DNA from: Bdellovibrionales bacterium
GTDB lineage: Bacteria > Bdellovibrionota > Bdellovibrionia > Bdellovibrionales > UBA1609
Assembly: GCA_965261545.1 (NCBI GenBank)
Contig: CBDHDF010000007.1
Coordinates: 32,001-96,000, forward strand
Reading direction: 5' to 3'
DNA: 64,000 nucleotides
The notes below the pieces were generated by a model. That model was not told the origin of the DNA. It ran no database searches and worked only from the letters and a program-made list of their open reading frames with translations. The position numbers and the translations under genes are program-made. Positions 1 through 10,454 of the stretch are shown one piece after another (the first letter of the stretch is position 1; each line of letters begins with the position of its first letter).

Positions 1-30
1 TCTTGTCGAGGTTTGGGGAGAGTATGTCAG

Positions 31-66
31 AAAAAACAAGCCCTCTTGCAACTAAAGAGGGGACTT
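31..66 (-). terminator. Probable intrinsic terminator after rpoD/tRNA
   Basis: Inverted repeat CCCTCTT-gcaacta-AAGAGGG, followed on the minus strand by a T6 run (plus AAAAAA 31-36). Confidence 0.5.
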
Positions 67-155
67 AGAACATAAGCCCCTCTTCGTTGTGAAAAAATGC
101 AATGCTATTTATTAGTCTTGCTTAGTCCTCTTGAGTAAATTGGCAAATGGAGAAA

Positions 156-232
156 TGGTAGGGGTTCCAGGACTCGAACCTGGGATCCTCCGGTTATGAG
201 CCGGATGCTTTAACCAACTAAGCTAAACCCCC
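156..232 (-). tRNA. tRNA with CAT anticodon (Ile2/lysidine type or elongator Met)
   Basis: Reverse complement GGGGGTTTAGCTTAGTTGGTTAAAGCATCCGGCTCATAACCGGAGGATCCCAGGTTCGAGTCCTGGAACCCCTACCA folds as a cloverleaf with encoded CCA. Position downstream of rpoD resembles ileX. Confidence 0.93.
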
Positions 233-396
233 AAGAAATTTCTTGATATGTTTTTTGTTTTTGAAGAAGAAGAAATGGGCCCTTGGTTTTTTGAATAGGA
301 ATAGAGCCGCCTCTTTTGCGCCAATGGGAGATACTTGTAAATTAGGTAGGGCCAATGTAAATATAATAGTTACGCTTACGATGGAAAAGAGGTCTA

Positions 397-2316
397 TCAT
401 TCATTTCCCATGGGGCTGCCCTCACCTCCTCCTGTACCATCGTTGGTGAGATTTGTACTCTCTAAGGCTCCGCTGCCTGATGTATCAATAAGGCCCTTCA
501 GGCGAACAGAGCGGCTGGGATGACGAAGCTTGCGCAATGCCTTTGCTTCAATTTGTCGGATTCGCTCCCTGGTCACATTAAAATCTTGCCCCACTTCTTC
601 CAAGGTGTGGTCGCTTTCTTCGCCAATTCCAAATCGCATGCGCAAAACCTTCTCTTCGCGAGGAGTGAGGGTGGAAAGAACCCGACGAGTTTGCTCAGCT
701 AAATTGAGATTGACAATGGCATCTGAAGGATTGATGACCTTTTTGTCCTCAATGAAGTCTCCAAGAAGAGAGTCTTCCTCTTCCCCCACAGGAGTTTCAA
801 GGCTGATGGGCTCTTTTGAAATTTTTAAGACCTTGCGAACTTTATCAATTTGAAGGTCCATTTTTTCAGCGATTTCTTCAGGAATGGGTTCACGTCCTAG
901 CTCTTGAACTAAAAGGCGAGAGGTTCTTACCAACTTATTAATGGTTTCAATCATATGTACAGGAACACGAATGGTTCTCGCCTGATCGGCAATGGCTCGT
1001 GTAATAGCTTGGCGAATCCACCATGTGGCATAGGTGGAGAATTTATAACCTCGTCGATATTCAAACTTGTCCACGGCTTTCATCAAGCCAATATTTCCCT
1101 CTTGAATAAGGTCCAAAAACTGAAGGCCACGGTTGGCGTACTTTTTTGCAATAGAAACCACAAGCCTTAAGTTGGCTTCAACAAGTTCAGATTTTGCTTT
1201 ATCAGCTTCGCGTTCTCCTCTCCAAATGGATGTGTAGGTATCTTGGATCCAATTAAAAGTCATTTCCGTTTCTTCGTGGAGGCGATTGAGTCTTTCGTTG
1301 GCCATGGATGCAATTAAGTAGTGGCTGCGAAACTGATTAAAGGACAATCCTGTTTCACGAGTCATCTTTGCTAGTTCAAGCTCATTGGCATCGATTTTTT
1401 CATAGCGTTCTATCAATACACCAATATCCTTGGAAAAAGTCTTCTTCTGGGCCTCACGAATGCGACTGAGAAGAGTTGCCATGCGACCCACAAGATTCTT
1501 AAATTTAATGACAATGCGATTGATAGTTTTTCTGTTGAAGTTAATTTTTTCAAAGTTAACCATAAGATCCTGGTTTAATTTGGATAAAGCAGCTTCGGCA
1601 GTTTCAGCATCCTTAGACTTATGGTCATTTAAACAAAGAGCTTTGAAATAGGGGTGGCCCTTCTTTTTATAGGCTTTTACATGGTCTATGAGCTCGTCAA
1701 TTTTTTCAATGTACTCCTGCTCATTGTACTGGGTCTCCTCATCTGTAAGGCCCCGAAAAATGGATTTAACTTTGATGCGCCCTTCATGCAAGCGTTGCCC
1801 CAAGTCTATGACCTCTTTTGCACCAATGGGAGACATTAAAATGGCCCGCACAATTTCACGCTCGCCCTCTTCAATGCGACGAGCAATGGTCACTTCGCCC
1901 TCACGAGTGAGTAGGGAAACACTTCCCATTTTACGGAGGTATAGACGCACAGGATCGTTCCCCCGGGAGTCCTCCCTTGCCGTGGTCTCTTCCTCTTCTA
2001 GTTTTTCGGGATCTGCAAGAAAGAAACTATCCTCATTGTCACTGGCTTTTTGTGGTTTTCCTGGTGAGTCTGTAATAATAACAGAGTTGGCTTCAAGCCC
2101 TTTCATGAAGGCATCTAGCACAGTTGGAGACAGGATTTCAGGGGGTAGCAGTTCATTGATCTCTGCAACTGAGAGTTCAGCATTTTTCTGTGCAAGTGCT
2201 GTAAACTTTTGAATTTCCTCAGCAATTATTTGATACTGAACGGCTTCTGGAACAGCTTCTGAGAGACTTTCCACAGCTTTATGAGCTTTCTTATTTTTTG
2301 CCTTTGCCTTGCTCAT
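397..2316 (-). CDS. rpoD: RNA polymerase primary sigma factor RpoD
   Basis: [11 protein letters not shown] (region 1.2), [59 protein letters not shown]. Confidence 0.98.
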   Translation of the reverse strand: MSKAKAKNKKAHKAVESLSEAVPEAVQYQIIAEEIQKFTALAQKNAELSVAEINELLPPEILSPTVLDAFMKGLEANSVIITDSPGKPQKASDNEDSFFLADPEKLEEEETTAREDSRGNDPVRLYLRKMGSVSLLTREGEVTIARRIEEGEREIVRAILMSPIGAKEVIDLGQRLHEGRIKVKSIFRGLTDEETQYNEQEYIEKIDELIDHVKAYKKKGHPYFKALCLNDHKSKDAETAEAALSKLNQDLMVNFEKINFNRKTINRIVIKFKNLVGRMATLLSRIREAQKKTFSKDIGVLIERYEKIDANELELAKMTRETGLSFNQFRSHYLIASMANERLNRLHEETEMTFNWIQDTYTSIWRGEREADKAKSELVEANLRLVVSIAKKYANRGLQFLDLIQEGNIGLMKAVDKFEYRRGYKFSTYATWWIRQAITRAIADQARTIRVPVHMIETINKLVRTSRLLVQELGREPIPEEIAEKMDLQIDKVRKVLKISKEPISLETPVGEEEDSLLGDFIEDKKVINPSDAIVNLNLAEQTRRVLSTLTPREEKVLRMRFGIGEESDHTLEEVGQDFNVTRERIRQIEAKALRKLRHPSRSVRLKGLIDTSGSGALESTNLTNDGTGGGEGSPMGNE

Positions 2317-2330
2317 GAACTTACTCCTAT

Positions 2331-4265
2331 CTATTTTGAGGGGTCTAAACTTTTCTTCAGATTATGTTTATCTTTATGTATAAGCATAATCTGTTCCAAT
2401 TGCTGAAGTTGCTGTTCTGTGGTTGTCTTGGATCTGAGTCGAAAACTCAGTTCTTTAATCTGAGACTTCATGTGTTTTTCACAAACTCGCCGTAAACAAT
2501 CTTCAAAAAGCTGGTCCCTCCCCTCGTCGTCAAGCTCGGAAATGGGTCGTTCTAGATACAAGGTCATTAGTTGAGGATAATCCACCTGTGAGGATAGTAA
2601 GGCTGTCAATCTACCAAAATTATTGCTGTCTTGTCTATGTTCAAAAATGACACGTCCCAAAATCTCACGAATTCCTGAGTGGGAAAACCGCTCAACAACT
2701 TCTTTTTCTCGAAGCTCCAAGAGGTATTTTTCGTCCATAAGGGCTAGGTTTAACAAATAAGCCTCTTCTTTGGGCCCCCCTCGGAGGGCATAAACCTTGG
2801 TGTTCTTCTTGATATCCTCATGGCTGATGCCCCCATGGTTGATACCTCCATGGGGCGGGGACATCACTTGCACTTCACTCTTTTTAGTCCTTGTTGCTCC
2901 CCCTTTTTTATTTTTTTCCTTTAGCTCTTGCTCCCTTAACTTTTCTCTCAGTCCTTTTTGAACCCAAAATTTTTCTGCATTGAGGCGGCGGCTAATTTCT
3001 GTCACATAGAGTTCCTTAAGACGCATGTCGACAACACGGGTATAGTTGGACGCCAATTTATCCAAAACTAAAACCTTATCAGAGGCTTCTTTCATTCCAA
3101 TTTCTTCAATGATTCTCTCCAGATGATAGATAAAAAGATCTCGTGCTCCCCTCAGAGCTAGCCTTAAAGCATCAGCACCTTCGCTTTCTAAAAAAGTGTC
3201 TGGGTCTTGGCCATCGTTTAAAACACAAATTCTTGGGTGAAGCTTATTTTCCAACAAAATGGGTAGGCTTCTCTGGGAGGCGTCTTGTCCTGCGGAATCT
3301 CCGTCAAAGAGAAGCACCACTTTTTGTGTTACTTTCTGCAATTGATGGCAGTGATTGGCTGTTAATGCCGTGCCAAGAGTCGCCACGACATTTTTGATTC
3401 CCGCTTTTTGCAAGGCGATAAAATCCATATACCCCTCCACAACAATAGCGTAAGAGGCCGCAAGAATATACTTTGCTGACGTATTCAGACCATAGAGAAT
3501 TTTGCCTTTGTGAAAAATCAAAGATTCTGGGCTGTTTAAGTATTTAGGTTGACCATCTCCTAGAATCCGACCTCCAAAGCCCACATAGCGGCCAGCGCGG
3601 TCCACAATAGGAAAGATAAGGCGATCTCGAAATAGATCGTAAAGTCCTTCTTGCCCCTTATCTCGATTTCGCTTCTTCAAAAGACCTAGGGAGCAGGCGA
3701 TTTTTGTAGAAAGATTTCTTTTAGCTAAATGGGGGCCAAGGGCTTCCCAGCGCGCGGGAGCATAGCCAATGCAAAATTTCTTGATAATCTCTTCAGAGAG
3801 GCCACGTCGAAGAGCGTATTGCTGTACACTGTGATCTTTGGAGAGAGACAAAAGATTTTTATGAAAGAATTCAGCTGCAAGCTTATTGACTTCATAGGCT
3901 TGCTTTTTTTCATTGGCACTGCTACCACTGCCGCCATGCTCGCTATAGGTTTGAGCTTCTTTGGGAAGAGGAATGCCCGCCCGGTGAGCCAAGTATTCCA
4001 CGGCCTCAAGAAAGCCCATGCCTTGTATCTCTTCGACAAAGTGATAGAGGTTACCTGCCTTTTTACAACCAAAGCAGTGGTAAACCTGTCTTTCCTCAGA
4101 GACGGAAAAGCTTGGGGTCTTTTCATTGTGTCCGGGAAAAGGGCAGAGCCCCATGTAGCCATTACCTGTGGGACGCAACTCTGTGTGATTTTCTATGATA
4201 TCAATGATGTTATTAGAGGTGCGAACATTTTCGATAAAGATTGAAGAAAACTTCATGGCCTTCAT
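2331..4265 (-). CDS. dnaG: DNA primase
   Basis: CHC2 zinc finger [29 protein letters not shown] motifs EGYMD and FDGDSAG; in the rpsU-dnaG-rpoD operon. Confidence 0.97.
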   Translation of the reverse strand: MKAMKFSSIFIENVRTSNNIIDIIENHTELRPTGNGYMGLCPFPGHNEKTPSFSVSEERQVYHCFGCKKAGNLYHFVEEIQGMGFLEAVEYLAHRAGIPLPKEAQTYSEHGGSGSSANEKKQAYEVNKLAAEFFHKNLLSLSKDHSVQQYALRRGLSEEIIKKFCIGYAPARWEALGPHLAKRNLSTKIACSLGLLKKRNRDKGQEGLYDLFRDRLIFPIVDRAGRYVGFGGRILGDGQPKYLNSPESLIFHKGKILYGLNTSAKYILAASYAIVVEGYMDFIALQKAGIKNVVATLGTALTANHCHQLQKVTQKVVLLFDGDSAGQDASQRSLPILLENKLHPRICVLNDGQDPDTFLESEGADALRLALRGARDLFIYHLERIIEEIGMKEASDKVLVLDKLASNYTRVVDMRLKELYVTEISRRLNAEKFWVQKGLREKLREQELKEKNKKGGATRTKKSEVQVMSPPHGGINHGGISHEDIKKNTKVYALRGGPKEEAYLLNLALMDEKYLLELREKEVVERFSHSGIREILGRVIFEHRQDSNNFGRLTALLSSQVDYPQLMTLYLERPISELDDEGRDQLFEDCLRRVCEKHMKSQIKELSFRLRSKTTTEQQLQQLEQIMLIHKDKHNLKKSLDPSK

Positions 4266-4398
4266 GACATCTCAGTCATGCCCCCCCCATTGCTACAAAA
4301 GGTTTTTCAATGAGAATCAATCCTAACCTTTTGCTTTTTTACTTCCTGCTTTTTTACTTCTTGCTGCTTCAAATTAAATTAAATGCAATCAAATGCAA

Positions 4399-4854
4399 TT
4401 AAAGGCGTTGTTGAATCTTGGCCTTAACCATTTCACTCATCATTTTGTTATCTGCAACTCCCGCCGTTCGAGCCATGGCTTCCTTCATCACAGTTCCCAT
4501 TTGCCCCATGGAGATTGACTCCATGGAGGCTAGAATTTCATCAATAATGACCTCCATTTGGGAGTATGGCATAGAGGCTGGCAAATAAGACTCAAGAAAT
4601 GCAAGCTCAATCTCCTCCTTATCAACGAGGTCCATCCTCCCAGCCCTTTTAAACTGTTCAATGGAGTCCTTTCGCTGTTTAACAAGCTTCTTAAGAACAG
4701 CCATAACATCTTGGTCTGTCAACTCCTGGGGACGCACTTTTATTTCTTGGTTCTTAATTTCTGAGTTGAGGAACCTAAGAGTTGTCAACTTAGCTTGATC
4801 TCGGTCTTTCATTGCCGTCTTGATGTCGGCTGTAATCTTATCTCTTAGCGTCAT
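4399..4854 (-). CDS. GatB/YqeY domain protein
   Basis: KTAMKDRD..LTTLR, KQRKDSIEQF..AGR.DL..KE..E, MGTVMK; usual position after rpsU. Confidence 0.92.
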   Translation of the reverse strand: MTLRDKITADIKTAMKDRDQAKLTTLRFLNSEIKNQEIKVRPQELTDQDVMAVLKKLVKQRKDSIEQFKRAGRMDLVDKEEIELAFLESYLPASMPYSQMEVIIDEILASMESISMGQMGTVMKEAMARTAGVADNKMMSEMVKAKIQQRL

Positions 4855-4890
4855 TTTGTCGCCTCTTATACTAATTAATTGCTGTGCATA

Positions 4891-5100
4891 TTACTTGCTA
4901 CTGTGTAATTCAGATTTTCTTATTTTCTTTAGAAGTCGCTTTTGTGCCGCAATAGACTTTTTTTTCTTCCGAATGCTTGGTTTTTCGTAATGTTCTCTCT
5001 TTTTAACTTCAGAAAGAACTCCTGACTTTTCACAGGACTTCCGAAAGCGTCGAAAAGCCGACTCAAAGGGCTCATTGTCGCGAATTTTCACATAGGCCAA
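4891..5100 (-). CDS. rpsU: 30S ribosomal protein S21
   Basis: [31 protein letters not shown]. Confidence 0.97.
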   Translation of the reverse strand: MAYVKIRDNEPFESAFRRFRKSCEKSGVLSEVKKREHYEKPSIRKKKKSIAAQKRLLKKIRKSELHSSK

Positions 5101-5318
5101 ACTTAATCACCACCTTTCACTTCCCTGCTTGCTATGTTTATCCTTTCAAGGGGAGAACGTCTAGCAACGAAAATTCTTTTTTTATTTTTATAATAACCAT
5201 ATCATTAGTATAAAGCATATCTAATATAATTTAGACAGATATTTAACGCCAAGCATCTAATCGCTGGTAAGGCTGGGGTGTGCCCTAGTTCGTTTAAAGG
5301 TATATTGTCATTTTAAAA

Positions 5319-5879
5319 ATGTTGTCAGTGGAAGGGAGCATTTTGAGGGAAAGAAAGCAAAGAGATATAGATCAGAAAGGTATAGAAGATCAGAGAGATG
5401 TGGATCAGAGGTTCATGGCTCTGGCTCTTGAGGAAGCCCTGTTGGCACAAGAAAAGGGGGAGGTCCCCGTAGGGGCTTTAATTGTAGAAGGTGATAAAGT
5501 GATTGCTCGTGCCCACAATTTGCGGGAGTCCACCTATGATCCCACAGCCCATGCAGAAATTATTGCCTTGCGCAGGGCCTCTGAGTCTTTAAAGTCCTGG
5601 CGTTTGCATAATTGTTCCCTCTATGTCACGCTTGAACCCTGCGTTATGTGTTCTGGAGCTATCGTTCAGGCTCGCTTAAGTCGTATTATTTATGCCACAG
5701 TGGATTCCAAAGGGGGAGGCGTTGAATCACTTTGGTCACTTTGCTCGGACCCTCGCCTCAATCACCAGGTTTGCACTCAGTCGGGTGTCATGGAGGAAGA
5801 AGCCGTTCATCTACTTACACAGTTCTTTCACGAGCGTCGCAAGGCTAATAAGGCCAACAAGGTTAAAAAAAACCACTAG
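5319..5879 (+). CDS. tadA: tRNA adenosine(34) deaminase
   Basis: GEVPVGA, DPTAHAE, TLEPCVMC; true start may be downstream. Confidence 0.93.
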   Translation: MLSVEGSILRERKQRDIDQKGIEDQRDVDQRFMALALEEALLAQEKGEVPVGALIVEGDKVIARAHNLRESTYDPTAHAEIIALRRASESLKSWRLHNCSLYVTLEPCVMCSGAIVQARLSRIIYATVDSKGGGVESLWSLCSDPRLNHQVCTQSGVMEEEAVHLLTQFFHERRKANKANKVKKNH

Positions 5880-6097
5880 CAGGCAGATGATGTTTGTAAA
5901 TCATCTCTAACGATTTTGGCGAAGTGTATCACACCCTTGCCTTTGTTCAGAAAATAATACATTATCGATTTCTTCTTCGATGCCCATTTTCAAAGCCAAC
6001 GGAGCACCAAGCCAGATTAGCCAATAATCAAAGCTAATAACCAGCTAATAAAGAACAAAAAAACACTAATTAAAGAATAAAAAACAAAGGAGAGGTT

Positions 6098-7498
6098 ATG
6101 AGAAAAATTTATTGTTATTCAGGTTTGTCAAATTTGAGATTCTATTCAAATTGGATTTTCAGGTTGATGATACGATGTGTTGTTGTTTTCGTGTTTGCTT
6201 GTATCTCTCTAAATACCTTCACCCCCAGCAAAGCATATGGCTTGGACCCAAAACTAACTCCTCTCGGGGGGGAGAGGGCGGGAAATGCCGAGGGAACAAT
6301 TCCTGTTTGGGAAGGCGGAATCACAACACCTCCAAGCAACTACATTCCAGGAGCCCACCTTCCGGATCCCTATTTCGAAGATAAGGTGTTGTTCACCATA
6401 GACGCCTCCAATGTTGACCAGTACCGAGGTAAGTTGTCCATGGGGCATCAGTATATGTTAGAAAATTATTCCACATTTAAGCTCAATATCTACCCCACAA
6501 GACGTAGTGCATCAGCTCCCCAGTATATTTACGACGCTACAGACTCACTGAATGGCTCAGCAACTCTAGAAGACAATGGCAATGGCGTTGCCAATGCCGC
6601 CATTGGCATACCTTTTCCCGTGCCCGAAAATGCTCTTGAGATCCTTTGGAACCATGTATTGCGTTACCGTGGGCAAAGCCTCCTCACCGATTGGGACAAT
6701 GCCATTGTTTCATCCCAGGGGAATGTCACCATGGCTAGAGATGAAATGAAGCTACTCTTTAATTATTCACTTCCCCACATGACTCCCTCAAAGTTAAATA
6801 ATCTTATGATATTTTATAAGAGAAAAGTTGTCGGTGGAGCATATAATGGCTTCATGGCTTTGGTCCACGAAACCATCAATCAAAAATCGGATCCTCGAAG
6901 AGCTTGGATATATGACCCCTCTGTCGGGCGAGTGAGACGGGCCCCTAACTTGGCTTACGACTATGAATATCCCCATCTTGAAGAATTGCGCACAATAGAT
7001 CAATTAGATATGTTTAATGGAGCCCCGGATCGCTATAACTGGAAGGTCGTCGGCAAACGCGAGGTTTATGTTCCTTACAATAGTTATAAATTGCACAGTG
7101 ACCATTTAAAGTACTCAGAGATACTGACTCCTAAACACCTCAACCCAGATTATATGCGCTATGAACTTCATCGTGCTTGGGTGGTGGAAGGTTATCTCAA
7201 GCCAGAGGCATCCCATTTATTTAAGCGCCGAGTGCTTTATATTGATGAAGACTCTTGGAGTATTCTATTGGCCGATATATATGATGAAGAAAATATTTTG
7301 TGGAGATTTCAAGAAGGTCACCCTATCAACTACTACAATGCTTCGGTTTTTCTAACCACAGCGGAGGTTTACTTCAATTTAGAGTCACAGCGCTACCTTG
7401 CGTCATCTCTCACCAACGAGACATTGGCTCCCATTTTTAACACCCCCCTCTCTCCAAAGGAATTTACTCCGGCGAAGCTTAGAGGCGGTGGGAACTAA
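6098..7498 (+). CDS. DUF1329 family exported protein
   Basis: LTPLGGERAGNAEGTIP.W.GG, RRVRRAPNLAYD-like, FNGAPDRYNW, RYELHR.WVVE, KR..YIDEDSW motifs; signal peptide. Confidence 0.88.
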   Translation: MRKIYCYSGLSNLRFYSNWIFRLMIRCVVVFVFACISLNTFTPSKAYGLDPKLTPLGGERAGNAEGTIPVWEGGITTPPSNYIPGAHLPDPYFEDKVLFTIDASNVDQYRGKLSMGHQYMLENYSTFKLNIYPTRRSASAPQYIYDATDSLNGSATLEDNGNGVANAAIGIPFPVPENALEILWNHVLRYRGQSLLTDWDNAIVSSQGNVTMARDEMKLLFNYSLPHMTPSKLNNLMIFYKRKVVGGAYNGFMALVHETINQKSDPRRAWIYDPSVGRVRRAPNLAYDYEYPHLEELRTIDQLDMFNGAPDRYNWKVVGKREVYVPYNSYKLHSDHLKYSEILTPKHLNPDYMRYELHRAWVVEGYLKPEASHLFKRRVLYIDEDSWSILLADIYDEENILWRFQEGHPINYYNASVFLTTAEVYFNLESQRYLASSLTNETLAPIFNTPLSPKEFTPAKLRGGGN

Positions 7499-7501
7499 TC
7501 A

Positions 7502-10135
7502 ATGGCTATTGCTTTTCGTATGGTTGTTTTGTGCATAGTAACTTTGACCATGGCGATTTTGCACACAGCCGCTTTGTGCAATGAAGAAATTTCTGTCACC
7601 AATGAAGAAACCTCTGTCGCCAATGAAGAAATCTCTGTTGCCAGTGAAAGAGTCGAAACCATTGAGGTTGTGGGTCAGAAACTCAAACAAATCCATGTTG
7701 AAGATAGCACGCCCATAAGTGTTATCCATCGAGAAAAAATTGAGGCTTCGGGCGCAAGTTCCTTGGGAGATCTACTCAGGGATACCATTGAACTTGATGG
7801 TGTGGCATCTGAAAATGTCTATGAACCCAATAGTGGAAGAAGTGTTTTAATGGGCTTGCACTCAGCTCCGGTGCTGGCCTTACTTAATGGGAATCTCTTC
7901 ATAACAGGCCCCGGAAGCCTTTTGTCCCCCCCAGGGGCAGATATCAGTATGATACCACTAAGCGCCATTGAGAGAATTGAAATTTTAAAAGATAGTGTTG
8001 CCGCCATATATGGTGGGGGTGCCATAGGGGGTGTTGTTAATATCATCACACGCAAGGAGGGTGATAAGGGTGAAGTCCTATTTAATTACTCCCAGCCCAA
8101 TGACAAAGGGGGGGCAGAGACTCAGTTCAGTGCCTCTAAAAACTTCTCAGGTCACAGATATGCCATCAACACCTCATTGGGCTACAGCCAAGCCCAATCT
8201 CTCATCGCTGGAGATAGGGATTACATTGCTCCTATTATATCTAATTTTGCAGGTTACCCCACAAGATTTGACTACGATGCGCGAGAAACTCCCATACCCA
8301 TGGCACACAGGGACTGTGAAAAGGGTGGCATAAGTTCTATCAACTCCAATACGGGGTATTGTGAAATGAATATCGCCCCTTTGATGAATATTATTCCAGA
8401 AATAAAGCAATACAGTGGCCTCATCAATATGAACTATAAATGGACTCCCCAGTGGAATTTGGTTTCCACAGCACTGTTTTCTCAGAAGAAAGTTCACTCT
8501 CTTTTGCCTCCCTCGCCAGGAGTTATCTATGCCAGTGATATTCCCGATTTCTTTTTTCGCTTTTTTGAGTCTGGGCATCGAAGCTCTGCACAAGACACCA
8601 CTTTTTACGATATCAACATCAGTTTAAATAACGATGCCGATTCTGGTTGGAACTGGCGCCATCACATGGGCTTTTCGTCATCTCAATTTATATTGGATGG
8701 AAAAAACTTCTTACATGCTCAAGAGGTTAGTAATCTTTATGATTGTCGCCTCGGACCTGATTTTGCTCTTGAAGAGGGGGATTGTGATAGTGGCAATTAC
8801 TTCGATCCCTTTGCAAATAAGGGAGAGCGAGGGGACCTTTCAAGTGCTTTGAGGGAGCCTCATTACGAAGAGCAATCCGCTTTGTTTTCAGTTCAAAGTC
8901 ATGTAGAGGGTGAAACCAGCTTAGGTCTCCAACCCATTGAGCTAAGCGGCGGACTACAGCTTATGAGGGATCTATATAGTTTAGATGCTCCGGAGGACTC
9001 CTATCTCTTAACTCCACAGTTTGATGACGTCACCAAGAAACGCCAAGTCACATCGGCTCTCTTTGGAGTTGGTTCTTTATTTTTTGATTCTAAGCTCAAG
9101 GTTGACCTTAATTTGAGGTGGGATTCCTACAATGACTTTGGGTCAAGCTTTTCTTCACGACTTGCTGCTTTTAACCATGTTTCTACCAATCTTCTTGTGC
9201 GAGGTTCCCTGGGGCGCTCCTTTCAGGCCCCCTCCCTACTATACCGCTACGGTCCCACATCCAATTTATTTGCAAACATTGTAGACAAGGTGGCCTGCGA
9301 AGAAGCCAAAGAGCAAGAAAGAAATGGCGATGAACGCGCCTCCTACAATATTGGCCATTATTGTACTTCTCAGACCATTCCTACAAATGTTGTAAGTAAT
9401 AAAGAGTTAAAAGTGGAATCAGCGGATACGATGAACCTTGGTGTCCTTTTGAATCCCCATAGAAATTTTCATGTGGGACTGGATTGGTGGTATTTGGAAA
9501 GAAACAACTACATAGGTCCCATTCTCTCTGATGGAACTAAGCTAGAACATAGTCAGGGAAAAGAGGCCGAGTTTCCAGAATCCGTGTTTTTTGAGCGTCG
9601 CTTTAATGGTATTTCTGGAGTGAATAATATTATTCAAATTGACACAACAGTGACCAACCTTATTCAAAATAAGGTTTCAGGTTTAGACCTTTCTACATTT
9701 TATCGCCTGCCTTTTGTTAGGGGTCTTAGGGGTGAAATCAGCATACTCAATCAACTCACTTATACTCTCTTTAATAAGATGCAGCCTTTTGCACAGCTGG
9801 GTATTGAAGATCGAGTTGGGTTTTATGGCTACCCCCCATGGAAGAACAACTTGCGTCTATCTTGGGCTATGAATCCATGGGGGGTTAGTTTATTTCTTCG
9901 CTCCTATGCAGGTCAAAAACAAGAAAATAAAGAAGCTCGTTCCCTTCCTTCGCACTCGGAGCTAGACCTTACGATGAGTCTTCAAGTTTTGAAGACATCT
10001 TTTATTCACTTTGGTGGTAAGAATATTCTCGCCACAAGACCTCCTACCCAAGACTCTCAAGTTCATCGATTTAATGGCAGCCTGTATAGTTTAAGAGGGC
10101 CACGCCTTTTTTTAAGTTACAAATATCTTTGGTAG
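7502..10135 (+). CDS. TonB-dependent receptor
   Basis: TonB box-like ETIEVVG, plug motif IPLSAIERIEILKD...AIYG.GA.GGVVNIIT, beta-barrel ending in an aromatic residue (YKYLW). Confidence 0.92.
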   Translation: MAIAFRMVVLCIVTLTMAILHTAALCNEEISVTNEETSVANEEISVASERVETIEVVGQKLKQIHVEDSTPISVIHREKIEASGASSLGDLLRDTIELDGVASENVYEPNSGRSVLMGLHSAPVLALLNGNLFITGPGSLLSPPGADISMIPLSAIERIEILKDSVAAIYGGGAIGGVVNIITRKEGDKGEVLFNYSQPNDKGGAETQFSASKNFSGHRYAINTSLGYSQAQSLIAGDRDYIAPIISNFAGYPTRFDYDARETPIPMAHRDCEKGGISSINSNTGYCEMNIAPLMNIIPEIKQYSGLINMNYKWTPQWNLVSTALFSQKKVHSLLPPSPGVIYASDIPDFFFRFFESGHRSSAQDTTFYDINISLNNDADSGWNWRHHMGFSSSQFILDGKNFLHAQEVSNLYDCRLGPDFALEEGDCDSGNYFDPFANKGERGDLSSALREPHYEEQSALFSVQSHVEGETSLGLQPIELSGGLQLMRDLYSLDAPEDSYLLTPQFDDVTKKRQVTSALFGVGSLFFDSKLKVDLNLRWDSYNDFGSSFSSRLAAFNHVSTNLLVRGSLGRSFQAPSLLYRYGPTSNLFANIVDKVACEEAKEQERNGDERASYNIGHYCTSQTIPTNVVSNKELKVESADTMNLGVLLNPHRNFHVGLDWWYLERNNYIGPILSDGTKLEHSQGKEAEFPESVFFERRFNGISGVNNIIQIDTTVTNLIQNKVSGLDLSTFYRLPFVRGLRGEISILNQLTYTLFNKMQPFAQLGIEDRVGFYGYPPWKNNLRLSWAMNPWGVSLFLRSYAGQKQENKEARSLPSHSELDLTMSLQVLKTSFIHFGGKNILATRPPTQDSQVHRFNGSLYSLRGPRLFLSYKYLW
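7580..7642 (+). repeat. 3 x 21-nt in-frame tandem repeat (NEEISVT/NEETSVA/NEEISVA)
   Basis: AATGAAGAAATTTCTGTCACC, AATGAAGAAACCTCTGTCGCC, AATGAAGAAATCTCTGTTGCC. Confidence 0.9.
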
Positions 10136-10352
10136 CTAATTTGTCCATATTTCTCACAAATTTCTAATTCATCTGATTCAATTTTCAGTTTCAATTTTTG
10201 GCTTCATTCTCAGCTAAATCTTCAACTCAATTTTCAACTCAATCTTCAGTGGACTCTTTCTATCGTCCTGCCATGGAATGGAAGTCCTGCCAATAATTTT
10301 ACATGAAATTACATAAAAAATATCTCTAACCCACTTCATTTCCAATTCAGGT

Positions 10353-10368
10353 TGGCACTTAATATGCT
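10353..10368 (+). promoter_or_regulatory. Putative sigma54 (-24/-12) promoter
   Basis: TGGCAC-TTAAT-ATGCT; GG and GC separated by exactly 10 nt, upstream of the TPR-fliF-fliG operon. Confidence 0.6.
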
Positions 10369-10454
10369 TCTCTATGGAGTTGGACAAGAGTGCCTGACTT
10401 TTATGGCCAGAGCGCTATTTATGGTCAACTTATGGTCAGCACCTTTGTGGTCGC

